Source: Hyaloraphidium curvatum SAG 235-1
Taxonomy: Eukaryota > Fungi > Monoblepharomycota
DNA: 64,000 nucleotides
Direction of reading: 5' to 3'
Assembly (NCBI GenBank): GCA_025558095.1
Contig: JAIVFI010000010.1
Coordinates: 186,001 to 250,000 of the forward strand
In this document: positions 24,420-34,689 of the stretch, in pieces
How positions within the stretch are numbered: position 1 is the first letter of the stretch
How the letters are laid out: each line of letters starts with the position of its first letter
Translations under genes and position numbers: made by a program
The notes under the pieces: generated by a model
Told to the model about the DNA's origin: nothing
Seen by the model: only the letters and a program-made list of their open reading frames with translations
Database searches by the model: none

Positions 24420-27400
24420 ATGCGGCTGCTCGCGCTGGCGGTGTTGGCCCTCGCGGCGGGCGCGGCCGCGGACGATGGCGGCGCGGCCGCGGACGATGGC
24501 GGCGCGGCGCACGACTACGACCCCGACGCCTTCCACGCCCGCATGCGCACGGCCAGCGGCTTTGCCAACCACGTCGTGTACGCCCCGCACGGCTCGCACG
24601 GCGTGTGGGCGCACGGCGACTCGCTCGTCGTCGAAGGCGGCGGTGTGGGCGGGGAGGAGGAGGGCGGAGAGGGCGGGGAGGCGGAGGCCGCTTCCGGGGG
24701 GGATCGCCATGGCGGGGAGGCCAGGCTCGGCAGGCGGGACCGCGTGCTGGACGACATCGAGCCGGCGCTACTGCCGCGCCGCGTGATCCGCCGGGTGGCC
24801 GGGTGCCCCGCAGCCGCATCGTTCTCGCTGTCGCCCGACAGGCTCGACGCCGGTGGGTCCGCCTCCCCTCGCGCCCCGGCTTTCCGCTGACCCGCTCCTG
24901 CCCACTCCTGCCCACTCCTGCCAGGTGCCCCTTTCGACCTGCGCATCGCCAACATGGAGGCCGTCGGCATCGACTTTGGCGACGGCGTGCCGCAGTTCTT
25001 TGCCTTTTGGAACGCGTCCGTCGTCGAGATCAACGGGCAAGCCACGACGACCCTGACCACCGTCGGCGACCAGCCCGTCACGACCTCGGGCGCCGGATTC
25101 GACGGGTGCTTCCCAACACTTTCGGTCCCGCTCGCGGTCACCGCCACGCTGACCCAGCTCGGCGAATCGGCGACCATGACGCCCAACGTCGCCGGGAGGT
25201 GGGGCCATCCGCCACCAACCGCACCCTTCTGATCGCGCCGCATGCCAGGTACTTTGTCGACGCCACAGTCAGCCCCGGCCTGCACTCCACCCGCTTCCCC
25301 TTCCAAATCACCACCGTGGGTCCCCCGTGTTTTCCGCCCCCTTGAAGTCCTCTCACCCCCGCCTCCCCATCGCAGACACCCTACACCTTTGTCCCCCCCA
25401 CCGACTACGTCGCCCCCCCCGTGCAGACCCCCACCGCCACCGTCCCGCAGCCGCGGGACTGCGCCGACCCGCCCCGCATGGCCGGCGGCCTGCGGACCGA
25501 CTTCCCCATCTACACGGGCAACGTCGCCGGTGCGCCCGTGACGGTGACGCTGGACAACGTGCGGGAGAGCGTCGTGTCGTGGACCGAGGGGCAGAAGACC
25601 ACGACGTACGAGGCCGTCTACCGCGCGGGGGAGATGCGCACCTTTTCGACCTACACGACCGCGTCGGGCAAGACCACGGCGACCTCCACGAAGATGGTCA
25701 CGGTCGCCGGCGGCAGGATGGTCACCACCCGGCGGTACGCCACCACGGCGCTCGACAATTCCAGGGACGGCTGCATCGCGCGCCTCGTTGATGCGGCCAA
25801 CTGGGTCGTGCCGGCGGCGGGGGTCGCGGACGATGCGGTGATGCTGCTCGCGGGGAGGGTCGGGGACGACGAGGTGATGGGCGTGGGGCTGGTGGGTTGC
25901 CCGCCTTCCGATGGGCTTCAGGCACGGGCTGACACGAGTCGTTGCGGCAGATGGCGGGGGCGATGACCACCCCCGTGTTCCCCTACCCGACCGACGTGCC
26001 CCTGCCCACCCGGCCGACCTCGATCCCCGCCACCTCCTGCTCCCCGTTCTACGCCTACGTCACGCCCACCTCGGTGACCCCCGGCCAGGTGGTGACCCTG
26101 CAGCTCTTCAACGTCCCCGCGACCCCCGTCCGCCTCCTCGCCTCGGGCTACTCGACCGTCTACGAGGCCCGCTACGCCGCCACCGTGCTCTCCAACTTCC
26201 TCGCCGTCTCGGCCGTGCCCACCCGCACGTGGACCGCCACCGTGCGCACCCCCGGGTGCGTCAACATCTCCACCAGCGTGACGGTGGCAGCGCAGACGAG
26301 GTTCCTGCCGCTGACGGCGGCGCCGAGCCCCACGGCCGTGTACCAGGTCCGCGCGAGGGCGAGGGACTTTGGGCGGCCGGGGGGGGGCGAGGTGGAGTCG
26401 GTGCAGACCTTCTACGTGGGGTCGCTTCTCGCACTCCCAAGCGCACGCGAAGCTGACGCATGCACGCCGATGGCAGCTCAACCGCGGTCCCAACACACCG
26501 GAATCCGTGCTCGCCCGGTCCTACCCTTGCCTCGTCGGCCCGCTGCGCACGCGCACGGCGATCCGGTACAGCAACGCGACGTGGGCGGCGCGGTTCTACA
26601 GCCTTGCAAGGAACACGAGCCGCGGGGTCACGACGACGCGGCTGACGTGGACGCTGGGGACCAACGGGAGGGGGAGGATGAGCTTCATCGCGAGGGACTA
26701 CGCCGCGCCGAGGACCAGGCTGGGTGGGTGCGCCGTGCGGCGTGCGGATGCGGAGGACGGAGCTGACCGCGTTCCGTCCGGGCAGACATGTACGAGACCA
26801 ACGCCTTCCGCCTGCCCCGCCCGGCGGACTGGTCCGTCGAGTGGACCGCCACGGGCGCCTTCACGGGCCGCACCATGCCGCCCTTCACCGTGACTACGGA
26901 CTACATCGTGGGCTTTGCTGCGACCGCACCCGCACGCACCAATGCGCTGACCTTCCGCCGCCGCCGCCCGCGCAGGCCGACGGCCTCCTCTTCCCCAACG
27001 GCACCGCTGTCCCCTCCTCCCGCGCCGACCTCCGCATACGCCACAGCGTCACCGTGCACCCGTACTGGCCGCGCACGCCCAAGGGTTCCCGCCCGACGGT
27101 GGCGTTCAACGTCACCGCGCCCACGTACGGGAGCATGGACAACGTCACCATGCTCTGCGCGCACCCGGGGGCGAAAAGGGCCGCGTTCGTCGTCGTGCCG
27201 ATGGGCGCGCTGAAGGAGCGGCCGGGGGAGGCGGACCTCGCGGCCGCGGTGTCGAGCGCAAGGTGGACGTTCGTGACCGACAGGGCGGGGCGGTGGGTGC
27301 CGCGCGCCCGCGCGGCGATCTACCCGCGGTCGCTGGGGCCGCTGTCGGAGATCGCGGCGAGGTGGGCGTCGGATGGGGACGGCGGCGGGATGCGGACGGG

Positions 27401-27482
27401 GGGGGAGAACCCGAACGCGCCGAAGGGGAGCCCGCCGGCGGCGGAGCTGGAGAGGCAGCTGGCGGCGTTCAGGCAGGTGTGA
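24420..27482 (+). CDS. Large secreted Thr/Pro-rich protein of unknown function, multi-exon
   Basis: Signal peptide MRLLALAVLALAAGAAA. Successive coding blocks joined by short GT-AG introns. Ends ...ERQLAAFRQV*. Confidence 0.6.
24459..24506 (+). repeat. 21-bp coding tandem duplication (GAAADDG x2)
   Basis: GGCGCGGCCGCGGACGATGGC occurs twice directly after the signal peptide. Confidence 0.8.
24891..24920 (+). repeat. 10-bp intronic tandem repeat (CCCRCTCCTG)x3
   Basis: cccgctcctg cccactcctg cccactcctg, located between the branch point and the acceptor. Confidence 0.8.
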
Positions 27483-27630
27483 AAAACTGTGTCCGTTTTT
27501 CTGCTGTGGTGCTTTGGAGACGGAGATTCGGTGTTCGATCTCCGTGGAGTAAAGTGGTGATGACCGACACGTGGCTCGACGCGTCACCAGCAGCGGGGCG
27601 CGCTCTCCGACCGCCCGCCTTCGCCGCCGA

Positions 27631-29063
27631 ATGTCCGCCGACGGCGAGTCGTTCTCCACGCCGCCGCCGTCGCCCGACCCGGACGGCGGCTCCGCGGTGC
27701 CCCCGGTCGCGGCGGCCGCCACGGCCGCGCCCCCGAAAAGGGCCGGCTTCTACCACTGCGCCGTCTGCCTGCACGACATCCTGCCGTGGCGCGGCCCGAC
27801 CTTCCTCAAGGACGCCTCGGGACGGCCCGCGTGCACGCACATCTTCTGCGCCAAATGCGTCGAGCGCGCCGGCGGCAGTTGTCCCGTCTGCCGGCAGGCG
27901 TTCAAGGAGGCGTCGGAGCTGGCCGAGTTCCCGCTGCTGTGGAAGCTGTACCGCGAGGCGGCCGTGGACTGCCCTTCGGGGTGCGGGGCGCGCTGCGAGG
28001 CGCAGGATCTGCTCGCGCACTGCGAGGCGTGCGAAAAAAGGACGGTCTGCGGCAAGTGCGAGGCGGTCGTGCTGCCGCCAGAGACGCTCGAGGTCGGCGA
28101 GATTGGATCGAATGCGGCTCGGTCGAATGCTGACGTGGACGGCAGGACCACCTCGAGGCCCACTGCCCGGAGACCGAGACCCAGTGCAAGTCCGACCGTT
28201 GCCATTTCAAGTGTGCCCGCAGGCAGATGGAAGATCACTCCAAGGACTGCCCGCGGAGGATCGTGGGATGCACCTACCCCTTTTGCGGGCACACGGTCAG
28301 TGATCGCCTTTCGCATCGGACCGCAATCGCTCACGGTCGCTTTTGCAAACAGGGTCCTTTCGAGGAGCAGGAGAGCCACGTCCAAGGAGGCACCCAGCAG
28401 CACCTCGTGCTTGCCCTCAACCAGCTGTCTGTCGTCGAGAAAAAGCTAGGAGGTATCCGATCCCCTTCTACGGTTGCAGATCAGCCGCCCTGACCCCACC
28501 TTTCAGACTCGAGCAAAAGCGTGGAGACGCTCAACTCCATGCTCCAGGCCACGATCACGAGGCGCGCCCGGATCCTCGTGAAGAAGTCGGACAAGGCCCC
28601 GGCGTACCCGGCGCTCAGCACGGCGACCAAGTGGGACGATCTGCCGCCCGTCAACTCTTCCCGGGTCTTCGAAGCATTCGGCTTGACCTTCAAGATGTGC
28701 ATCAACACTACCAGCTCCCCCGGGGAAGTGGGCCTTTTCTTGCACTTCGTACCCAAAGAGGTCAAGTGGGCCGTCGTCAAGTGGAGGGCATGGATTCAGG
28801 GAAACGTCGAGCATTCCGTCGGACCCTGCAGGGTCCTGCTCACGACGAAGCAGGGCTGGGGCTTCCCAAAAGCGATAAAGAAAGAGATGATGACGACGGA
28901 GACCGGGGTTCTGAAGCAGCTACGGGGAGGGGACTATCTTGAAGTCCGCGTCGAGCTCTACGTGCGCGACTCGGGAAGCAACGAGGAAGTCGAGGAGGGC
29001 GGAGAGGAACGAGTCGGACGGAGCCTCGACAACGAACCTCCTTGGCCCGAGGCACCTTTCTGA
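27631..29063 (+). CDS. TRAF-like E3 ubiquitin ligase: RING, TRAF-type zinc fingers, coiled coil, MATH domain; 4 exons
   Basis: RING CAVC...CTHIFCAKC...CPVC. Zinc fingers CPSGC..HCEAC, CGKC..HLEAHC, CKSDRC..HSKDC, CTYPFC..H. MATH motifs FEAFGLTFKMCI, VGLFLHF, GWGFPKAI, DYLEVRVEL. Exons 27631-28092, 28146-28295, 28353-28452 and 28507-29063 keep frame. Confidence 0.82.
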
Positions 29064-29113
29064 TGCGCGGATCGGCATGTTCGAAGAGATTCAGCGCCAG
29101 CATCCACGAACTG

Positions 29114-30751
29114 CTACTTTGACCATCCCTTCGTCCAGTCCCCTCGGTTGGCCTTCTTCCACTTGCTCTGGTTCTCCCGTTCGGCGTCCTTCAGCAGTTG
29201 GTCGACGTCCAGCCCCTTCGGCTTCTCGCCGGCGAACGGGTTGCCAGGTCTCGCCGCCGTCGGAAATGGATTCGAGGCCTGCGACGCCTGTTGGCTCCCC
29301 GGCGGCGACGTCCTCTTGGCGGACGACGTGACCGTCGCCAACCGCGCGTGCACCTCGAACCTGCCAGTGTGGTCCTTCATCCCATGCGCCGGTTTGGCCT
29401 CCGGCTTCGGCACGGGCCTCGCCGCTGCCTGGTGCACGCCGAACCCGCGCGAGCGCACCTGCACTTCCTCCACGACCGGCACCTCCTTCCTGGCGATCCG
29501 CCAGAAGCACAGCGTCCGGCCCGATTTCTCGCGCCAGACCGGGGCATCTTCGTCCCTAAAGGTCCGTTCGAAGGGATCCTCGGCGCCTTCGGCTTCCCGC
29601 CTAACCGTGCGGACCGTGTTACGCGTGCCGGCCACCCACACCTGCTCGACGACGGGCCGCGGACCCGGCTTCTCGTCCTCGACGTAGCGCCTGTTCTCCC
29701 AGCGTCCCTTGAACGGCGCGGTGGAGGCTCCGCCGAGGACGTAAGATCGCAGGTCTTCGTCGTGCTCTTCTGCGGCCAGGGAGGCTCCTTGGATTGCGAA
29801 GGTGAGGTCGATGTCGGTCGTCGGGTCCACCAGCGCCGCGCCGAGGAACTTGCGCACCATGGCCTCGCCCTTTTCCTTCGGGTCGCCTCGGGTCGGGTTC
29901 CACCAGGACCTCGTCTGCCGCTGCGGGTCGGATTCGGGAAAGATGGAGTGCGCGGGGTCCAGGACGAGCCAGCCGGACTCGAAGTTCTTGAGCAGCGGTT
30001 TGATGCCGTCCCCGTACGAAACGTAGGTCCGGGAGAGGTCAATGGCAAGCAGGGCAGGAAACCGTCTGATCAGCGGGATCGAGTGGTCCGTGATTCCGGT
30101 GCCAGAGAGGTTCAGATACTGCAGCTTCGAAAGGCCTCGCGGACCGTCCGAGAAGTCGTCCAAGTCCTCCTCCTCGAGCTCCGAAAAGGGCCGCTTGCCT
30201 GCCGCGGCAGACGTGGCCCTCGCCAAGGTCCCGAATCCGAGGTCGGAAACTTCGACGTTGCCGGCCAGGTCGAGGAGCTCGAGCTTTACCAGCTGGCAGA
30301 GCATGGGCATATCCGCGTCCTTGAGGTTCGCGTTCCTCAGTTCCAGCCTTTTCAGGTGGACCAGGCCGGAGACGCGTCGTACACGCAGTGCAATCTGCGC
30401 GTCTTCGCGGGAGAAAGACGCGCCGGAATGGAGAGCAGTGCCGGTCGAAGACACGGGCATGTCGCGGACCGCCAGGGAAAAGAAGCTCCTCGGCAGCCTC
30501 GCGCCGTAGTGGCGCTCAAAGGCCGCGGCAGCCCTCGAAGACCACGCAAAAAGGCGTCTCTGCCGCGCCTCGGCGAAAAGCAGCGCACCGCATGTGTCCC
30601 AGGGCAGCACGTCGAAGCACTCGTACGGGAAGGTGTCGTCGAGGTACGGCGCGAGCGAGGCGCACGTGAGAGCCCGGAGCGACGGGATTCGCCTTTGTGA
30701 CGCGTGGGAATGCTCTTCTGCGCCATCTGACGAGAGATTGAAGGGCTCCAT
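29114..30751 (-). CDS. Leucine-rich-repeat (RNI-like) protein, intronless
   Basis: Repeats LKRLELRNANLKD, LELLDLAGNVEVSD, LQYLNLSGTGITD, LLAIDLSRTYVS. N-terminal PSLRALTCASL. Confidence 0.8.
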   Translation of the reverse strand: MEPFNLSSDGAEEHSHASQRRIPSLRALTCASLAPYLDDTFPYECFDVLPWDTCGALLFAEARQRRLFAWSSRAAAAFERHYGARLPRSFFSLAVRDMPVSSTGTALHSGASFSREDAQIALRVRRVSGLVHLKRLELRNANLKDADMPMLCQLVKLELLDLAGNVEVSDLGFGTLARATSAAAGKRPFSELEEEDLDDFSDGPRGLSKLQYLNLSGTGITDHSIPLIRRFPALLAIDLSRTYVSYGDGIKPLLKNFESGWLVLDPAHSIFPESDPQRQTRSWWNPTRGDPKEKGEAMVRKFLGAALVDPTTDIDLTFAIQGASLAAEEHDEDLRSYVLGGASTAPFKGRWENRRYVEDEKPGPRPVVEQVWVAGTRNTVRTVRREAEGAEDPFERTFRDEDAPVWREKSGRTLCFWRIARKEVPVVEEVQVRSRGFGVHQAAARPVPKPEAKPAHGMKDHTGRFEVHARLATVTSSAKRTSPPGSQQASQASNPFPTAARPGNPFAGEKPKGLDVDQLLKDAERENQSKWKKANRGDWTKGWSK

Positions 30752-30819
30752 CGAAAGTGGCCCGTGAAATTCCGGAGGTTGCGAGGTGATGAATCGAATT
30801 CGCGGCCACCAAGAGTGCG

Positions 30820-32608
30820 ATGGAGCCCGATGTCCTGAAGAAATGCAAAGCATGCTCGCCTTCGGAGCTTTGCTCGGAATGTACGAGGGCTCTGGAGGTC
30901 CTTGGAAGGCAATGCAAGCCCCCGCGACGCCACTCTTCCAGCACCGAAAAGCTGGTCGCCTTCGCCGAGGAGATCCTCAACGCCAGAGAGCCTCCTAAAA
31001 ACGACGTCGCCTGTGCTCTTGAAAGCTTGCGCCGGGCCTCGGCTGCTGGTTTTATTGCCGCCTGCGTGTACCGCGCCAAGGTGTCCTTTGCCGAGAGACT
31101 CGGGGACCAGATCAACAAGGACTCTGTGGTGGTGGATCTCTTCGCCGTGGTGGACAGAGCACTAGAGCTTGGGGTGGCCTCCCCCGGCCCGTTGTTGCAG
31201 AATTTGGCTCTCGCGGAGGAGGCGGTCTTCTACTCGTACTACGTTTTCAAGGAAACGCCAATTGGCGAGGCCATCGGCCGACCTTTCATTCCGCAGCGAT
31301 TGGATGCGCTAGAGAGAATCATTTCCGTTGCGATGAAGTACGCCCAGGTTCCCGAGCCCCGTTCCGCAAGGGTGGCGAAGGAAGCTCGCATCACGAAGGA
31401 AGCTCGCATCATCATCTCCAGGGCGGTCAGCACCGTGTACGAGATCACGCGCTTCATCGTCAGCAATCCTGGATCTCCTCTCGAGACGAAGTACACGGCG
31501 CAGTGGATCTTCGACGTGCTTCAGAGCGCGATCGACGCCGGATGCAACGATGAATCGATCAAGGGCGGCATGACGACCGCTGATGCGATGCTTCATCAGG
31601 GAGAGATGCTCCTAGAGTGAGTGGTTACCGACAAGAGCGCGGTTGCGGAATCGTAATGCGCGCTCCGCGCCAGAGGAATCGATGGCGCAGCTCCAGACCC
31701 TCGGAGGGCTGCGAAGACACTCCACCGCGCTGCTGAGCTCGCAGGCTTGCTTCCTCCTTTCATGCGGATACCGGACTGGGAACGGGGTGCCGTTGGACAA
31801 GATCAAAGCTGACTACTGGCTCGACCGCCACTTCGAGCTGATCGACGACGACGACCCCGAGTGTGGCCCGTACAAAGCTCTGCACCAAGTTGGCTACTTT
31901 GGATCCACGTCGGAGACCGACACAGTCCGCATGAGTATGCTGAGCGCCATCGCTTCTGCTTGTTCGATCGGGGAGGATGATGCGAAGGCCATTCTGGCCG
32001 GTAGCGATCCGCAGAAGCTCGACCGCGCTGCCATTTTCGGCGTCCTCAACTGGCTCATTGCCAGTGGCCAAGCGGATGGTGCCCTGCTCCTTGCTAGGCG
32101 GATCTCGAGGGCTTCGTGCGTGGACGACGGGGTCGCGGTCATCGAGGCCATCATGGCGAAAGTGACCCTCAAGAAGAACCGTACGATGCCGCCCGAGGTG
32201 GCGATCCCGGACGAGCCCGACCTTTTGCTCCTGCGCTGGATCCTCTGCGACTCGGAATCCGCAGAGCCCGCCGCCGATGTCATGTCCCGCGCATCGCACG
32301 TTTCGGAACGCTTCCGTCGGCTTGCGTCGAATCTCAGCCTTCTCGGTGGCCACGGAACGCCCGTCAGCACTCCGGCACCAGGCGAGGGGAAACGGGAGCA
32401 GCTGGCCAAGCTGGCGTGCCTGGGTTGCGGGAAGGTATCCGACAAGAAGAGGTTCCAGCGGTGCAAGGCGTGCGGATCGGCGGCGGTGGTCTACTGCGGG
32501 CCTGCCTGCCAGAGGAAGGACTGGAAGGGACCCGAGGGCGTGCATGGGGTGACGACGGGCTGGCGGGCCGGCAAGAGCGAGTGCGCCAGGATCGGCGAGA
32601 TGAAGTGA
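30820..32608 (+). CDS. Helical protein with a Sel1-like repeat and C-terminal MYND zinc finger, 2 exons
   Basis: ACFLLSCGYRTGNGVPLDKIKADYW (Sel1-like) and CLGC...CKAC...YCGPACQRKDW...H...C (MYND). Intron about 31617-31673. Confidence 0.78.
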
Positions 32609-32972
32609 CGGAGCGAAATCGGAGGGCGGCGATACGGAAACCAGATATAGATTTCCCTGAGCACGGTGTCAAACATGACGAGCGAGTCGAGCAATGGTAC
32701 TCCACGTTCCAGTGTCCAAAGCCAGCAGGTTCGCGGCGCACGAGTAGCGGGAGCAGGGAATCGACCACGGGGGAGTTCCCCAGAAGTTCGCAGCTAGAAT
32801 AGGCCCATCAGGATACTCGTTGACGTCGCAGACTGGTGCCAGCCCACTGCAGGTGTTGTTCACTCGGCAGGGATGGAACACGGGACCTGGCAGGAAAGAT
32901 GTAGGAGCAGACTGATTGTACTCAGACCGTGATGGCAAACACGACGACGTGCTCAGCAATGTGGTTCGCCGC

Positions 32973-34519
32973 CTAGTCCTTGATCTTGAGGTTGGAGACG
33001 TCGCCAATGTCACGCAGGGTCAGGTACGTGTCGCACCCGTAGCCGTACATGGACTCGATCGCGAGCGAGCCACCAAAGTACTTGGCTGGCGACGGATACC
33101 AGTCAGAGCCAGACCACTTTCCTGGCAATGACCCCGCAAACCCACCGTAGATGTTGCTCATGGGCAGCCCGAACCCCAGCCCCGCCATCGGCCCGCCCGT
33201 GCCCCTCTCCATGCTCTCCCTCATCACGTCCGCCAGCACCATCCCGCCCCTGTCGAACCCCTCGCTCTCCTCCGCGGCCTCGTGCGACACGGTCGTGTAC
33301 GAGTACTCGAACGCCTTGGTCACGTCGTCGTACGGGATCCCGCCCCCGCGGTCCGAGATCCGGAACGTGACCACGCCCGGTCCCGGCGCCACCGTGACCA
33401 CCACGGGCGGGTACTCCTCCGACGCGCCGACGGGGAGCGTCTCCCCTTTGCGCCTCCGGAGCGCGCGGCGGTGCTCGATCGTCGCCCGCGCGGCGTTCTT
33501 GACGAGCTCTGTGAGCATGTACTCGAGGTGCACGGGGATGTAGGCGAACCGCGTGTCGGCGGGACCCTCGACGACCACGTCGGGGCTGGAGCCGTAGTTC
33601 GCCTCGGCGAGGTCGGACACGATGTGGGCCACATCGCGGACCAGGCCCAGCGGGTCCAGCTTGGTGTTGACGATGCCGATCCAGCCGTCCATGGGGTGGT
33701 GCAGCGCCAGGTGGTGCTCCGCCAGCACGCGGATTCCGATCCGCGCGTGGATCATGCGGTCCAGCCACGCGGCGATTGCGGGGCGGGTCATGTAGCGGTC
33801 GCACTCAAGGAAGCCGCGGGCCAGCTTGGGCACCACGTCCGCGTGCGCGCCGACGAGGTCCGTCAGCATCGAGGTGAAGCTCGCGTCGTCGTCGGCGGTC
33901 TCGATCGGGGGGAAGGAGAGGATGCGGTCGAACGAGTCGCGGTAGAGGTTGTATACGTTGCGGATGTAGGGGTTCAGGCCGACGATGAACGGCAGCGTCT
34001 CGATCGCTGGACATCAAACACGCGAAGGGACACGAAAAGGAATTTTGCGGTCGTAAGAGTCGGCTTCCGGCCGCGTTTCGGGCGTAACCGACCTCGAACG
34101 CGTCTCGCGAGCCGCTTCGGCAGCTCCTCCCGCAGCCACTTTGAGCTCTCGACCAGGCCCTCCTTCCCGCGGCCCAGCCGCAGCAGGTCCTTGAGCGTGA
34201 TCGGCGCGATCTCCTTCTTGGCGTACTCGTCCAGCGCCGACGAGAAGTACGGGTGCATGGCGCGCGGGGCGGGGCCGGGCGCCTGCGGCGCGGCGTCGTC
34301 GGCGGGGTGGAAGCGCGCCTGCCGCGACATGGCCAGGAAGGGGTGCGACGGGTCGTCGGGCGCGATGTTGCTCGTCGACGGCGGCGGCCGGTCGGGCGCG
34401 TCGCGGCGCGCGGCCGCCGACGCGGAGAGCGCGCGGCGGAAAGGGGCGACGCGCGGGGCGGCGCGGAGCGGTGCCGCACACAGGGCGCACGCGGCGCTGG
34501 CGGCCTTTCGGGGGCGCAT
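32973..34519 (-). CDS. Mitochondrial pyruvate/branched-chain alpha-ketoacid dehydrogenase kinase, 3 exons
   Basis: Arg/Ala-rich presequence, ELPKRLA, RIGIRVLAEHH, ELVKNAARATIE, DRGGGI, AGLGFGLP, GYGCDTYL. Confidence 0.92.
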
Positions 34520-34689
34520 CGCTGGGGAGCGCGTGTTCGATGTCTCCGCCCGTTTGCCGGTGCGTGTGGCGATCTGATCTGGTCGATCAGCATAGGTCGA
34601 TCAGCAGACATGATCAATCATCGTTCGAGTCATCCAGCAATTTTGAGCTTTCCACATGCAACCTGCATAGCAACTTCCGAGGCGACGAC

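Noticed and set aside
31377-31412. 18-bp tandem duplication (KEARIT/KEARII)
   Set aside because: A simple in-frame slippage duplication with no further structure.
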